From Camelus ferus (lineage: Eukaryota): a stretch of DNA of 64,000 nt. The stretch covers positions 52,392,001 to 52,456,000 of the forward strand of contig NC_045697.1 of the NCBI RefSeq assembly GCF_009834535.1. The letters are read 5' to 3'. Position numbers and translations under genes: made by a program. Each line of letters begins with the position of its first letter. The first letter of the stretch is position 1. Under the pieces are notes generated by a model, which was given only the letters and a program-made list of their open reading frames with translations, made no database searches and was not told where the DNA came from. Of the stretch, positions 25,935 to 37,870 are shown piece after piece.

Positions 25935-26845
25935 TCTTAGGAGGAAGAATTTTTTTAAGAAAATATAAACATACAAAAAAATAAATAAAAGAACCCACTG
26001 AGATGCTCAGTTGCCGCAAGGGGGAAAAACATCACAGCTATTTGCCAGTGCTCCCAGATTAAGTAACCATCTGAGTAATCATCAAACAGAACTTCCATAA
26101 CTCATGCACTGTTCTGCATTTAACACATGGAGAAGCTAACAAATCAAGCAATGAAGCAAAAACAAAACATGTGGGAAAACAGTAAGCTAGAAAGACACAA
26201 AAGCAGAAATCATCGATCCTATATTCTAATAGTATTTCTCCTACTATGAGACTAGTTTGGAGTTTTGTCATGTCTAGAATGTGTGTAATGACATTAAAGT
26301 TGTAATGAGTGTATGGTCATAATTCCAAAGTCCTAGATACTCTGCAGTAACAGTTGCTAATGCATTTTAGTATGTGTATCATTTCTTCCCACAAGATAAG
26401 AAAACCATTAAAACAGGTATTTTCTGATACCCGGGGGGGAAAATGCATTATCCATTTATTATACATTAGTTTATAGAACTCATTATTTCTGAAACAATTT
26501 AGTATATGGACATTTGAATTTCCAGAATGAATATATTAAACATTCTAAGAGATAAAGTTTAAGTTAATACAGTGAACTGAACATGTTAAAGAATATTTAA
26601 CATATATCACTTTTAAGAACTGAAAATGTTTAGGAAAAAAGGAAAATATGTCTTATTCTAACATAAAATTTACTTTATGAAAATCTCAAATGTAGATGTC
26701 AGCTCATTTGCATGGATGACTGTACCTCATGTTTTAAAGAAGGTTGGTAACTATGTAATTCTAATTGAATAAATTGTGACAGCCAACTCACAGCATGAAA
26801 ACACAAGTAGGACATTCACAGACCACCATACTGCCGATTCCCTAC

Positions 26846-26933
26846 CTCATCAGACATCAAGGTGGCAATGGCTCTGCCAATCTCATGGTAGGACTTGGCT
26901 TTCCCCTTAGGACCTAAGAGAATGAACAAGAAC
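26846..26933 (-). CDS. SLC4A4: SLC4A4 coding exon (88 nt, probably exon 9): [29 protein letters not shown]
   Basis: Manual translation. Acceptor cctcccccattAG, donor GAG|GTaggg. Completes the split Arg codon. Not in the ORF track. Confidence 0.97.
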
Positions 26934-27063
26934 CTAATGGGGGAGGAAAGAAGCAAAGGCTATAACATACATTTCATCAGACTCAATATACACACAACTT
27001 AGACATGTTCATCATAATTCATAAAAAGGTCAGGTCTAGAATTAATCTTTAAAACAGAGGTAA

Positions 27064-27173
27064 GGGAGGGGAGGGTACAGCTCAGTGGTAGAGTGAGGGC
27101 TTAGCATGTACAAGGTCCACGGTTCAATCCCCAGTACCTCCATCAAAAAAAATAAATAAATAAACACAAAAAC
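27064..27173 (+). mobile_element. tRNA-derived SINE (Vic-1 type)
   Basis: gggagggtacagctcagtggtagag..ggttcaatccccagtacctcc plus A tail. TSD aaaacagaggtaa / aaaacaaagtaa. Confidence 0.85.
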
Positions 27174-27949
27174 AAAACAAAGTAATTTTCTTGGTAATAT
27201 GAAAGACACCCTTTCACACTATCGTGAAACACAAATTGTTGTTCAGTTCATTTGGAGGCAAGGGAGAATTTAGCACAGAAACCTGAGAAGCTTCTTCACT
27301 GAGAAGGAAAGGGTCACTTTATGAGTCATTCAATCTTTCTTTTCTAAACTTTCTTCTGTCTCCCTCTCTACTGACTTTCAGAATCTTTGGAGAAAACCCA
27401 TTAAGCGCAGTAACTAGAAAGACTCAGTACATCTTCAGATTTCTCTGACTCTTCTTTACTCAGTATGGGTGGTGACAAATGATCCTCTCCGTACTTTTCA
27501 GAAATATTTCTACTCAGAAGTGGCTGGGAGTCAGCAAACACCAAGCCCTCTATAAGTAAGCCACATGCTGACAGCCAAAGTAAAGAAAGAAAAACATGAG
27601 AGAAATTCAAAATAAAGCCTCATTCACAGTTAAAGTTCTTTTGCGGGTGTCCTCCTTTTCTTTTCCAGATTTGTTTTCTTGATGATCCACAAAGCACTGC
27701 TTCATGGTAAGTAGGTCCTGAAACTTGCAATAATGAGCTTATCTCCATTTAAGTGCACCTCTTATTGTGTTGGAAAGAATCCTTCACTGAGCACAAGGGC
27801 AAAGATGCTTGTCTCAACTAGGGAGAAGGAAACCCAATAAATAAATGAATTAAATATGTATCTTTATATATTAAATATATACACACAAAAGGCAACACTG
27901 GATTAATCCCTGCCTTGATTATTTATGTTCATGTCTTATCTAACAGGGA

Positions 27950-28210
27950 GATAATGAGGACAATAAAAATGCTCACATCGTACATTTGCACAGCTTCTTA
28001 AAGCCTGCAAATAAAGCATTTCACATTCACACATCATTTAAACTCCTACTGCTCTTGGCAATAAGGACAGAATCTTATCCCCATTGAATAGTGAAGAAAC
28101 CTAGGGTCAAGGAAGTTAGTGGATGAGCCCAAAGACTTGCCCCTAGTAAATGACAGAGTAGCTAGCCTCCTATCTCTTGTTCTTTTCAGTACACAATTCT
28201 GCCTAATAAT
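27950..28210 (-). mobile_element. MIR SINE
   Basis: aaagcatttcacattc..atcatttaa..tatccccatt..gaagaaac. Confidence 0.6.
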
Positions 28211-31200
28211 ACCTGCCCAACCCATATACCAGGGTTGTGATTCCACAGAGAAAAGCTATCCAACTATGACTTCCATAGGCCACTCTAGGGAAAGATATTG
28301 TGGGTACTTAGCTGGTGATAAGAAATCTTAGGTAAGATTTTATGGGACCAGGAATGGCTTAGGACTTTGCTTAGTAAAATTTTATTTTTTACTTATTTAT
28401 TCATATACCTCACTTCAAATAAGAAAGAATGGATAGTGAGTACTCCTCAAAGTATTAAGAGTCTGTTCCAAAACACTCTTGAATGGATAATTCCTTTTTC
28501 TCATCAAAAAATTCAATCCAAAGGGTGAAGAAAGAAACAGAAATTAAGAACGTAAGAAGTTCATCTGAAAGTTTGAATACTCAGGTTTTATACTAGAATA
28601 AGCATAAAGCCATTCAGGGTTATTTGCGTAGAAACCAGTTGTGGAGTGCAGTGGCACATTCACTTTCAAGTGTTAGCGCAGCAGATGAAACAGCAAAAGC
28701 AATCAGCAGGCACGAGAATCTGCTGAAGTGTGAAGGCAGTCATTATTAGAACTGGATTGTAGTTCTTCTAACTAGAACTTCTTTTCCTTTGAATCTGGAC
28801 CTAAATTATACACCAGCACATACAACACTATAAAGTGCTTCTTTATGACAGTACAATGCATTTTTCTAAAGGGACAGATCACTGACTTGAGTCCAACACA
28901 TGCATAAAGTATTTAACCCTAAAATAAACTACACATCTCATTAGGAAACACCTGCAGTGCTGGTCGCCTTTCCCCATCCTATTTACCTGCCTCCCAAGGG
29001 CTGATCGTCAGACAGCACACCAGGGGCACAGCTTTAAGGAAAAGGGAGCAGATGCGGAACGGCAAGAGAAAACACGCAATCCTTGGATGCTTTACTTAAC
29101 ACATTTTTAAATAATGGATTTCCTTTGCCTGCCATTTTTAATTATGTCAGTGTATCTAAATATTAGTTTCTCAGTAAAGCATAATATCTAAAACCTTCCC
29201 AGAACCACTCTTTACCTCTTCCTACCTCTCCCCAGTATCTCCATCATGATGGTTTACACGTGATGAAAATGCACATTTATCAACCGACACGTGAGTGAAT
29301 GATCAGGTTGACTATATGGCAACAAAGCCAAAATAGTGTCTTGTTAGAAAGCGAGGAAAATACTCTCATCCTTAATAGTCCTCAAAGATAAACTTAGACA
29401 GATGATGGGTAGCTAGTCCAAGAGCTGACAGAGTAATGGATCATATAACCTAAATCCTATGAGATGAGGGCATACATTTCCTACAAATATTTACTCTGGT
29501 CTTTATGAAACAGTACCAAAGCATGAATGGAAGTAACAGACCAGTGGTGACCACAGTATTTATCATAGCAACAACTCAGTACATGAGAGCTATAGTGTTC
29601 CACTAACCTAGATATAAAGGTACAATTCCTCTTCCCCTGGGTAACGTGATTTTTATTTTAAACATATACATATAGATATATTTTCTTTAATGGAAAATCA
29701 TTGAATGCCAAAGAGAAATAAAACATTACATATCAGTTAAAATTTTCACATTACTCCATTCAGGAACCATTCAGTAAATCCATCTCCTTTAAGTGATATA
29801 GAGGGGAAATCTGGCCATGTCCAGGTAGCAGGAAACATCACCTCAGGTCAAGAATTTCATCTGCAGGAAAGCAGACCCTTAAGAAGCCTCTAATTTGAAC
29901 TGCATTGTTGAAACTGGGATGAGAGGTCTGGGAAAACTAACAACACAGAACAACTCATCAAGTTGACGTTCCCTCTGCCCGAAACATGTTCTCTCTCTCC
30001 TCTTTAACCCTCAAAGAAGCAAAAGCTGTTACAGCTTTTATGACAGAAGTACATCTTGCCAAACTCGGCTTTTGCAATGTACTGAAAACTTTCATGACTT
30101 AAGCTGGTTTTTGTCAATGGACAGATGTTATTTTTAACCAGAAGCTTTTTTCCCTTATTAACAAATTAGAGTAAGCATCACTGTTTGTGTGGCTGGAGGG
30201 GCACAACCCATGTTGCCGGCTCAGGGGAAATAATTAATTTACATTGCTGAGTTGTTTTTATTCACTCATATCTAGAACAAGCCATAGTTGGACTTTTTAA
30301 TAGTGCCTGGTTGTCTCAAGAATCTTCATGAGGCCCTTCTCATCTTACGCACTTTTCCATATAATTAATTATGCCTGGGGAGGTTGCCCCTGGCACTCCC
30401 CACAGCAAAAACAAGTACCAGACGATCTGTGTCCGGAAGCAACGGACTATATTTACATTCACAAAATAATTATAGGCAGAAACAGAGCATGATATCAGAA
30501 AAAGAGCCAGCCTTCCTAAGCCACTCAATCTTTTCAGAAAGGATGTGCCCCCACCTTCCTGATATATCACAGCTATTTCTAGAATAAACTCAGCATGTAC
30601 CAATCCTTTACGCCCTTCTTTCAAAACAACAGTGAATCAAATAACCCATTATTCATATTTAGTGGCTTTGGAAAATGTAGCTAAACTGTCGCTGTCACAA
30701 TAAATTCACGAGCAGTACAAACCCACCATAACCGACCACTTTACATCAGATAAACAGCAGCGAGCAACTGGAGGGTCATTACACAAGACAGAATTGAACT
30801 AGCAGGACCTCGATCCCAATTCCTCTGGTAGAATTTTTTATGGTTTTGACCATTAGGCATAAACAGCCACTTTTAGGCAAATCATTATTTATAAATATTA
30901 AACAGGTATTAATTTACAGTGGTATAAAGGGGTAAACATTCTAATTTTTTAGAGGGCTAGAGCTCCCCGAATAACTATCTGCCTTAGATGTGAACATCAA
31001 GGTCAGAAAAGGACAAACTGGTCAGGGGTTTTTATTAGTCTTCACGGGAAAACCCTAAAGTATTTTACTCCAATTCATTCTGGATACCGCCTTAGATTTT
31101 CCCTGAAAGCCTGGCCTCAGAGTCAAAAATCTGCACTGATAGTGAATCTCCCCTGTGCCTCCATCTCTCAACTGTAAAATGGGGATAATATTTATTCTCA

Positions 31201-33069
31201 TGTGGCCCATAAATACGACTGAGTGGTGGCCTCTGTGGACAAAGGTAAGATGACAGCAAGTAGAGTGTCTGCAAGATGCTAGGAAAATGATAAACATATC
31301 CTCCCAAGTCACCGGAAGACCCAAGGACAGAGTTTATTTGCATTCACATGGATGGCAAGAAGGACCCTGCACAAGGGGAGTGGCTCCAGCCATATTTCCT
31401 ATAAGGCACATGGAAGTAACAGCTATTTATTATAAACAGTAATAATAATGATAATAAGCAAAAGAGCCTAACTTTCCTCCACCTTCAAAATAAAAACTGA
31501 CCGTTGTTACAAGATGTGCACAGAAATAGACTTCTCAGGTCTCCCTGCAGGACAACAGGGTGGCACGCATGTTAGAGCACATGGCTGAGTGCAAAGGCAT
31601 CCTTCACAGTGACGACCACAATGCCTGTGGGATTTCCTTTATTGGATTTCACAGGATGCAGCCATTGTAAATGGCCCCACATTACTCATGCACAAAAAAG
31701 CTAATGAGACTCCCTACTCAGTGATTACAGCTTGCCCTGGTTCTGAGGACTGCAAATGGATAAAACTATTTCCTGGAAAAATGTTAACATGCTAGGACAT
31801 ATTATTCAGATTACTGCCCTGACATAGTTTTATGACATTATTAAATTACATCCCCTCGAATTGCTTGGGCTCCTTCTCTTAATTCAAATGATGCTAGATT
31901 TTACCTCTAGACTAGTACCACCCTCCAATACAGAAGGAACGGAGCCAGACAGGAGCAGATGCTAAGAGGGACACAGAAATGGTCATGATGTGCTACTCAA
32001 TGAACTCACATTACTGTTAAATAAAAAAGCCTTTTAAAATGTCTTCCATGTGTAGCTTCTCGAGAAAAAGAATAAAAATGAAAAAGCAAGAGCAATGTAA
32101 CACTTCTTGGCATGTTTTTTTCTTTCAAGCTCCAGTAAAGTTAGTCCAAAGAGACATAAATAAAACCAGAGGGACACACAAGCTGGACTTTGGCCACAGT
32201 CTGAGTCAGCGAGCTGCTGGCCAGGTAATTGCTCAGATAGGACTGCGAGGCTCTGCTGGAATGTTTTCAGGCACAAAGTGAAGTCACAGAAAACACAAGT
32301 CATGATAATCCCATTAGCTGAAGCGGCTCCGATCATCTCTCTTCCTCTGCTATTTGCCCAATGACTGCTTATATTACTCCTATACTATAATACGAGAAGT
32401 ATTATTCCTATTTTCGGTGTCTAAGAAATATAAAAATGGGGGATAAACGCTGGTATGGTAGGAAAAAACGGCCTGTAATCTACGAGTTGGAAGGCCCTAA
32501 GGACATGTTCTCCCAATTTTCCTTCTAAATTGACTCAGAACCAACCTGTGCCCCTTGTCTTAGTTTATCACCCTCAGACCACCTGAGACGGTTGAGCAGG
32601 GTTCAGAGCCCTTCCTGCTCACCTGGGAAACCCGGGGACCCACAAAAGACAACCCCTCAGAAAAGGTCTTATTTATATGATAATTTTCTGATGTCAACCT
32701 GAAGATTAAAAACTTCTCTTTAAACTCTTCCTAAGCACAAGTTCAAGTGAAGCATTAACTTCTATTCACCTATTGCACTTGAGAATTCCAGCTCCCTGAC
32801 TCCCCTGCTGAGCTCGGTTACAGAGGAAATAAAGAGGAGGACTTCCAAGGTTCTGTGCAGTGTGATGAGTTCATGACTGTAGTAACAGTAACATGCTTCC
32901 TTTAAAATAAAATTGTATGAGACTTAAGTTTATGATTTATTTATTGCACATGACATAAAGTGCAAACTTACATGTATAGCTTAATGATCTTTACATATGT
33001 GTGTATGTATATAATACATACAAATAGATGTGTTTGTATCCACTATCAGTTTTTGAGGAAATGAAAGCA

Positions 33070-33465
33070 ACTCTGACCTCTGAACCATTTACCATCTGTA
33101 TGATCGTGAATGAGTTGCTTAAACTCTCAGACTCAGTTCCTTCATCTGTAAAAACCATACACCTACAGCTTATACTTTAAAAATATTATTGTGATGGGGG
33201 GAGGGTATAGTTCAGTGGTAGAGTGCATGCTTAGTATGCACAAGGTCCTGGGTTCAATCACCAGCACTTCCATTAAAAATAATAATAATAAATAAATAAA
33301 CCTAATTATTTCCCCCTGCAAAAACAAATAAAATGCAAACAAAACAACAAAAATAAAATTTCTTAAAAAAAACCCAAAAAATATTATGAGGATTAAATCT
33401 ATAAGGACTAATCCATAAGAAACTATTACATAGCCCAGTGAATGATCGTAATTGTTATTATTCCT
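33070..33465 (+). mobile_element. MIR split by a younger SINE
   Basis: MIR core ctcagttccttcatctgtaaaa before the SINE continues as gaggattaaat after it. Confidence 0.6.
33196..33375 (+). mobile_element. tRNA-derived SINE (Vic-1 type), near full length
   Basis: gggggagggtatagttcagtggtagagtgcatgcttagtatgcacaaggtcctgggttcaatc.., aataaacctaatta..cccc tail. TSD aaaaatattat. Confidence 0.9.
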
Positions 33466-33646
33466 ACTACTGTACAAGGGCTAAGTAACTTGACAGTGTG
33501 AAAGTCAGTCTGAACCATTCTTTCAGATGAAACCTTTCTAATAGGCTTGCTCTGGATGTGGCCTCATTCTGCTGGTTCTCTAGCCCGAGGGAGAGGAGCT
33601 TTCCCTGGAAGCACACTGTGGACCCCAGGGGGCAGGAGCAGCTTAC

Positions 33647-33804
33647 CGTGTGGGCACAGGGACCTCAGTCAGGGCACCCAGCATGACCGCCTGCTGCAGC
33701 CGAACAAAGGCAATGAAAGGAGAATCCAAGAAGTCGACCTCGCCGACCAGCACGTTGGAGGCTTCTGCATCTCGGGGTAGTTTTTTCATGAACTTATTCT
33801 TCAG
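33647..33804 (-). CDS. SLC4A4: SLC4A4 coding exon (158 nt, probably exon 8): [53 protein letters not shown]
   Basis: Inside ORF 33643..33870. Signature SLC4 cytoplasmic-domain sequence. Acceptor cccatgcAG, donor CG|GTaagc. Phase 0 start fits the preceding exon. Confidence 0.97.
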
Positions 33805-34057
33805 CTGCATGGGAAGGGCCAAGAAAGCACAACTTATTTCCAGAGAAGGGAACAAGAAGAGGCATTCCATATATCACTCAAGGGAATTCCTCTGTATGAG
33901 TCCACACACAGCAGGCAGGCCCTAGCTAGCCATTCTTCTAGTATGTTTAACCACTCTACTACAGTAAACATTTATCTGGGCTTTGTATTCAAAAACATTG
34001 AGCACATATTCCCATGGTTTACATATAAAACAATGTTTGCATATGTAGCAATCCATG

Positions 34058-35450
34058 TATTTACTCACTCAATAACGTGTTGAGACTCTACTGTGAGCCA
34101 GGAACTGATCTAAGCCTTAGGGATAAGGGATGGATCAACTGATAACAGGTCCTTCTGGGGCTCCTATTCCAGCAAGGGGAGAAGTAAAATAGGATATTAG
34201 GTAGTGGTAAATGCTGAGAAGGAAAAGTAAAACAGTAAGAGGGCACTGCTTTAAACAGGGTGGTCAGGGAAGGCCTCTGAAGAAATGTATTTGACATCGG
34301 AGCAAGGGGACAAGCCATGCAAAGATCTGGGCTGAGAATATTCTAGGCAAAGAGAACAGCAAGTGCAAAGCCCTGAGACAGGAAAGAGCTTGGAGTCAGA
34401 GGAACAGTAAGCAGGCAAGTGTGGTGGGAGCTGAAGGAGCAAAGGCAAGAAAATGGTAGCAAATGAAGTTGCATAACCAAGGGGGGACCAGGAGGTAAGG
34501 GCCTGGAAGGCCACAGTAAGGAGTTTGGGATGTTTTAGGTGGAACTTGTCTACTAAAGGTCCAAGTGGAAATGTGGAGTAGAAAGACATAAATTTAGGAG
34601 CTACACCATGTAAACAGTATTTAAGACCATGGGATAGGATGACACAACCTTGGGTGTGAGTGTACACAGAGAAGAGGAGTAACATCTAAACCCCGGGTTA
34701 CTCCACCTTTTATAGGAAAGGGAGGAGATATCGGCAGAAGACATTAAAAACAAAACAAAACAAAAAACAGCCAGTGAGCCAGTGAGGCAGGAGGAAAACC
34801 AGGGCTTCACCAACAGTCAGGTGAAGAAAAGGCTCAATAAGGAAAGTGTATCAGCCACGTCAAAGGCTGCTGGAAGTGCAGATAAGACGAGAGCTAAGAA
34901 TGGACCGATGAATCTGGCAAGTTGGCACTGCTGGGTGATCCTGACAAGAGCCGTTATAGTGGACACTGGCTACTCAGTAAAGAGTGACAGGTGAAGAAGC
35001 GAAGACAGGGAGTAGGCAGAATTATTTTGAGAAATGTTACTACCAAGAAAAGCCAAGAATCAGGGAGGTAGCTGAAGGAAGGCATAAAATAGAGGATTTT
35101 TTAAGATAGGAAATACGATGACACGGGAATGTTAAAGAGGACGATCTAGTAGAGACAGATTGCTGCTGCAGGAGCGATTAGAATAACTGCAAAAGCAGCT
35201 CAAGCAACCCTGAACTACTGAGAAGAGACAACAGGATAGCCACAGCACAGGGAGAGGGATCAGCTGCAGAGTGACACAGAGGGCTCATGCGCCCTAGCCG
35301 GGGAAGGCAGGTTCCGTGGGGACGGAGGCGGGCGAGCTGGGAGGTTTGTGGGTGAAGATGAGGGCTTCTGAGGACTCATAACTTTGCAGTGAAATACAAG
35401 TGACCTGATGGTGAGGAGGAGAAGGAGGGACGAATGTGGGAGTTTGAGGA
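34058..35450 (-). mobile_element. L2 (L2a-like) LINE, long 3' fragment
   Basis: Starts with the reversed L2 tail (ttactcactcaataac..tgag). Contains ggtggtcagggaaggcctct, gagaacagcaagtgcaaagccctgag, gtcaaaggctgctg. Confidence 0.75.
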
Positions 35451-36451
35451 GACGGGTAAAGGTGTCAGCCCCTTTGAAAACATATCTTGCAGGTGTTACC
35501 CATTCCTCTCTCCCTCCTCCCCAGCTCCCACTTAGAACGGCTTGAGCGTCCTTCAGTGAGTGGGAAACGCCTCCCAGCAGCTCGAGGACATCGTCTCAAC
35601 GATCATAACAGGATGGAGAGGAGGGTCTTGCAGGACTAAACAAAGACACCGACTTCTGACGCCTACTTATCACCAATGTAAATGTCTTTCCCCTCAAGTC
35701 AAAAGTTACCAGTGACCTTTTTTTTGCCACGGATTATTGCTGATATGGGAAGTGGTAGGCATGACCCAATTTTCCCCACTGATAAAAAATTATAAGAACA
35801 TTTTATTTTCAAGTTTCCATTTGAAGAGTTCTTATTAGGGGAAATAAGTGCGATGAGACCCAATCCCCAAAACTTCATCACCCTCAGGAGCATTGCCATA
35901 GGATTTTTTCCTATAATTTGGTACTTCATATAAGAAGAAAGCTGCGAGGCAAAAAATAAGGAAGTTGGGGCTAATAACTTGGTGTAAACAAACAACAAAA
36001 AAAGCATATACATACTTCTATATATTTTTAGATGTTAGGAGCATGACTACTTCTAGCAGTAAAAGACTTTTCCAAGTTTATACCATTTATCCTCCAAGAA
36101 TACTAATATTCAAAAAAAAAGTCTGTTTACATTCTATAGACATGAAAAGCATAGCTATGGAAAAGCTCTAAAAGCATCAAATTGCCAAAATTGTTATTCT
36201 GGCCTAAGGAAGTTACAGCAATAAACTATTCTCTGTGACACAAAGCAGAGCGCGGGGTTTGGTCAAGCGGCCCAAAAATGCATAACAAAAGATGACTGCT
36301 AGAGTAATCTTCTTCCCGCTCCTTCCAGAGAGAGCGCCCGTTACCAACACAGGGTGTGAAGCTCTAGAATCTTCCGGTTTTAGTTCCCATTCTCTCCAGC
36401 ACTCTTTGCTCCAGTTAGGCAGGTAATCTGACCATAATTGCCTTCTGTCTT

Positions 36452-36715
36452 TTTTTTTTTTTTTAATTTTTTTATTGGTTTATAATCATTTTACAATATT
36501 GTGTCAAATTCCGGTGTAGAGCACAATTTTTCAGTTATACATGAACATATATATATATTCATTGTCACATTTTTTTCTCTGTGAGCTACCATAAGATCTT
36601 GTGTATATTTCCCTGTGCAGTATAATCTTGTGTATATTTCCCTTTACAGTATAATCTTGTTTATCTATTCTACAATTTTAAAATCCCATCTATCCCTTCC
36701 CACCCTCCACCCCCT
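36452..36715 (-). mobile_element. Young 5'-truncated L1 3'UTR insertion with poly(A) tail
   Basis: Perfect 18-bp TSD ataattgccttctgtctt (36434-36451, 36716-36733). Poly-T head, AATAAA on minus strand (36471-36476), cetartiodactyl-type L1 3'UTR, G-rich tract at the truncation point. Confidence 0.88.
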
Positions 36716-37369
36716 ATAATTGCCTTCTGTCTTATGTACGTAAGACCCCACACTTATTATCAAAAACTGTCCTTTCCTCATTTCTAAACTTCCTTCAGAG
36801 CTCAAAACAAGCCTTCTAGCCTTCTACCATCTCAGCCCACCTCCTTGGGAACCCCGGAAGCCCTCACTTCTGAATCACACTTTAACTCTTCCCCCTGAGT
36901 TTCTTGAGGGTTGGAACAGTTTATCCCCCATGGTACTGAATACGTACTTTGCACATAATTCAGCTATAATAAATATTTTGAATGGAAGGGATGAACTATG
37001 TAGCACTAAAAATCAGACCAAAAGACCATCAAATGCCCAGGAAAGTTAGAGAGGTTTTAAAGGCTCATTCTAGAACATACTATGTCTGGATCTATTGCAA
37101 CTACCTGACTCAACACCTGTAGGCTGTCCCACAGCTAAAGATACACTGCCACAAAATGGTACTTTACCAGTACTCTGGTACCTTTACTGATATTACTGTG
37201 CCATCTTGCAAAATTAGAAGTATATTTTTAAGACTAAAGGAACTGTATTCTATGTGCCCTTAAGAGAAGTAGTTATAAAGATGTGTTCCTTTAGATCAAC
37301 ACATCTAAAATTGTGTTTGTGGAATATGAGTGTTCTCAGAGAAACTAAAAGCTATTCTGAAATCAAAAT

Positions 37370-37870
37370 GTGTGGTGCCTGAGGTGTCCCAGAACTTAGT
37401 CCTTAGATGGCTCTTTTCTGTCTACACACACTCCCTTTGTGATCTCACCAAGTCCCATGCCTTTGAATGCCGTCTATATACTGATGACTCACAAATTTAT
37501 ATCCTCAGCCAGGACCTCTTCCCCAAACTCCAGACCTATAACATCTCTCCTTGCATGTCTAATAGGCATCGCAAACTTCACAAACCCCAAAACTGAGCGC
37601 CCCTGAGAGTCCCCTCAAACTAGCTCTTCCTGTAGTCTTCCTCACCTGGTTCATGGCAACTCTGTTCTCCCATTGCTCAGGACAAAACCTTGCTGTCATC
37701 ATCAGCATTTCTCCATCTCACACCCCATGCCCACTCTATCAGCAAATCCTGTTGGATCTACAAAGTCCATCCAGAATCCGACTGTTCCTCACCACCTTCA
37801 CTGTTAACACCCTGGTCCACATGACGACCACCTATATCCTGGGTGATGGCACTAGACTCCTGGCTGGGTG
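37370..37870 (+). mobile_element. L2 LINE fragment
   Basis: ctatatactgatgactcacaaatttatatc..cagccaggacctct..ccatccagaatccgac matches the L2 ORF2/3' region. Confidence 0.75.

Noticed and set aside
30340..30624. 94-aa minus-strand ORF ending at a GTAAG donor-like site
   Set aside because: No convincing acceptor or homology; flanking exons already join correctly.
34251..34685. 144-aa ORF
   Set aside because: Lies in decayed L2 sequence; no domain recognised.
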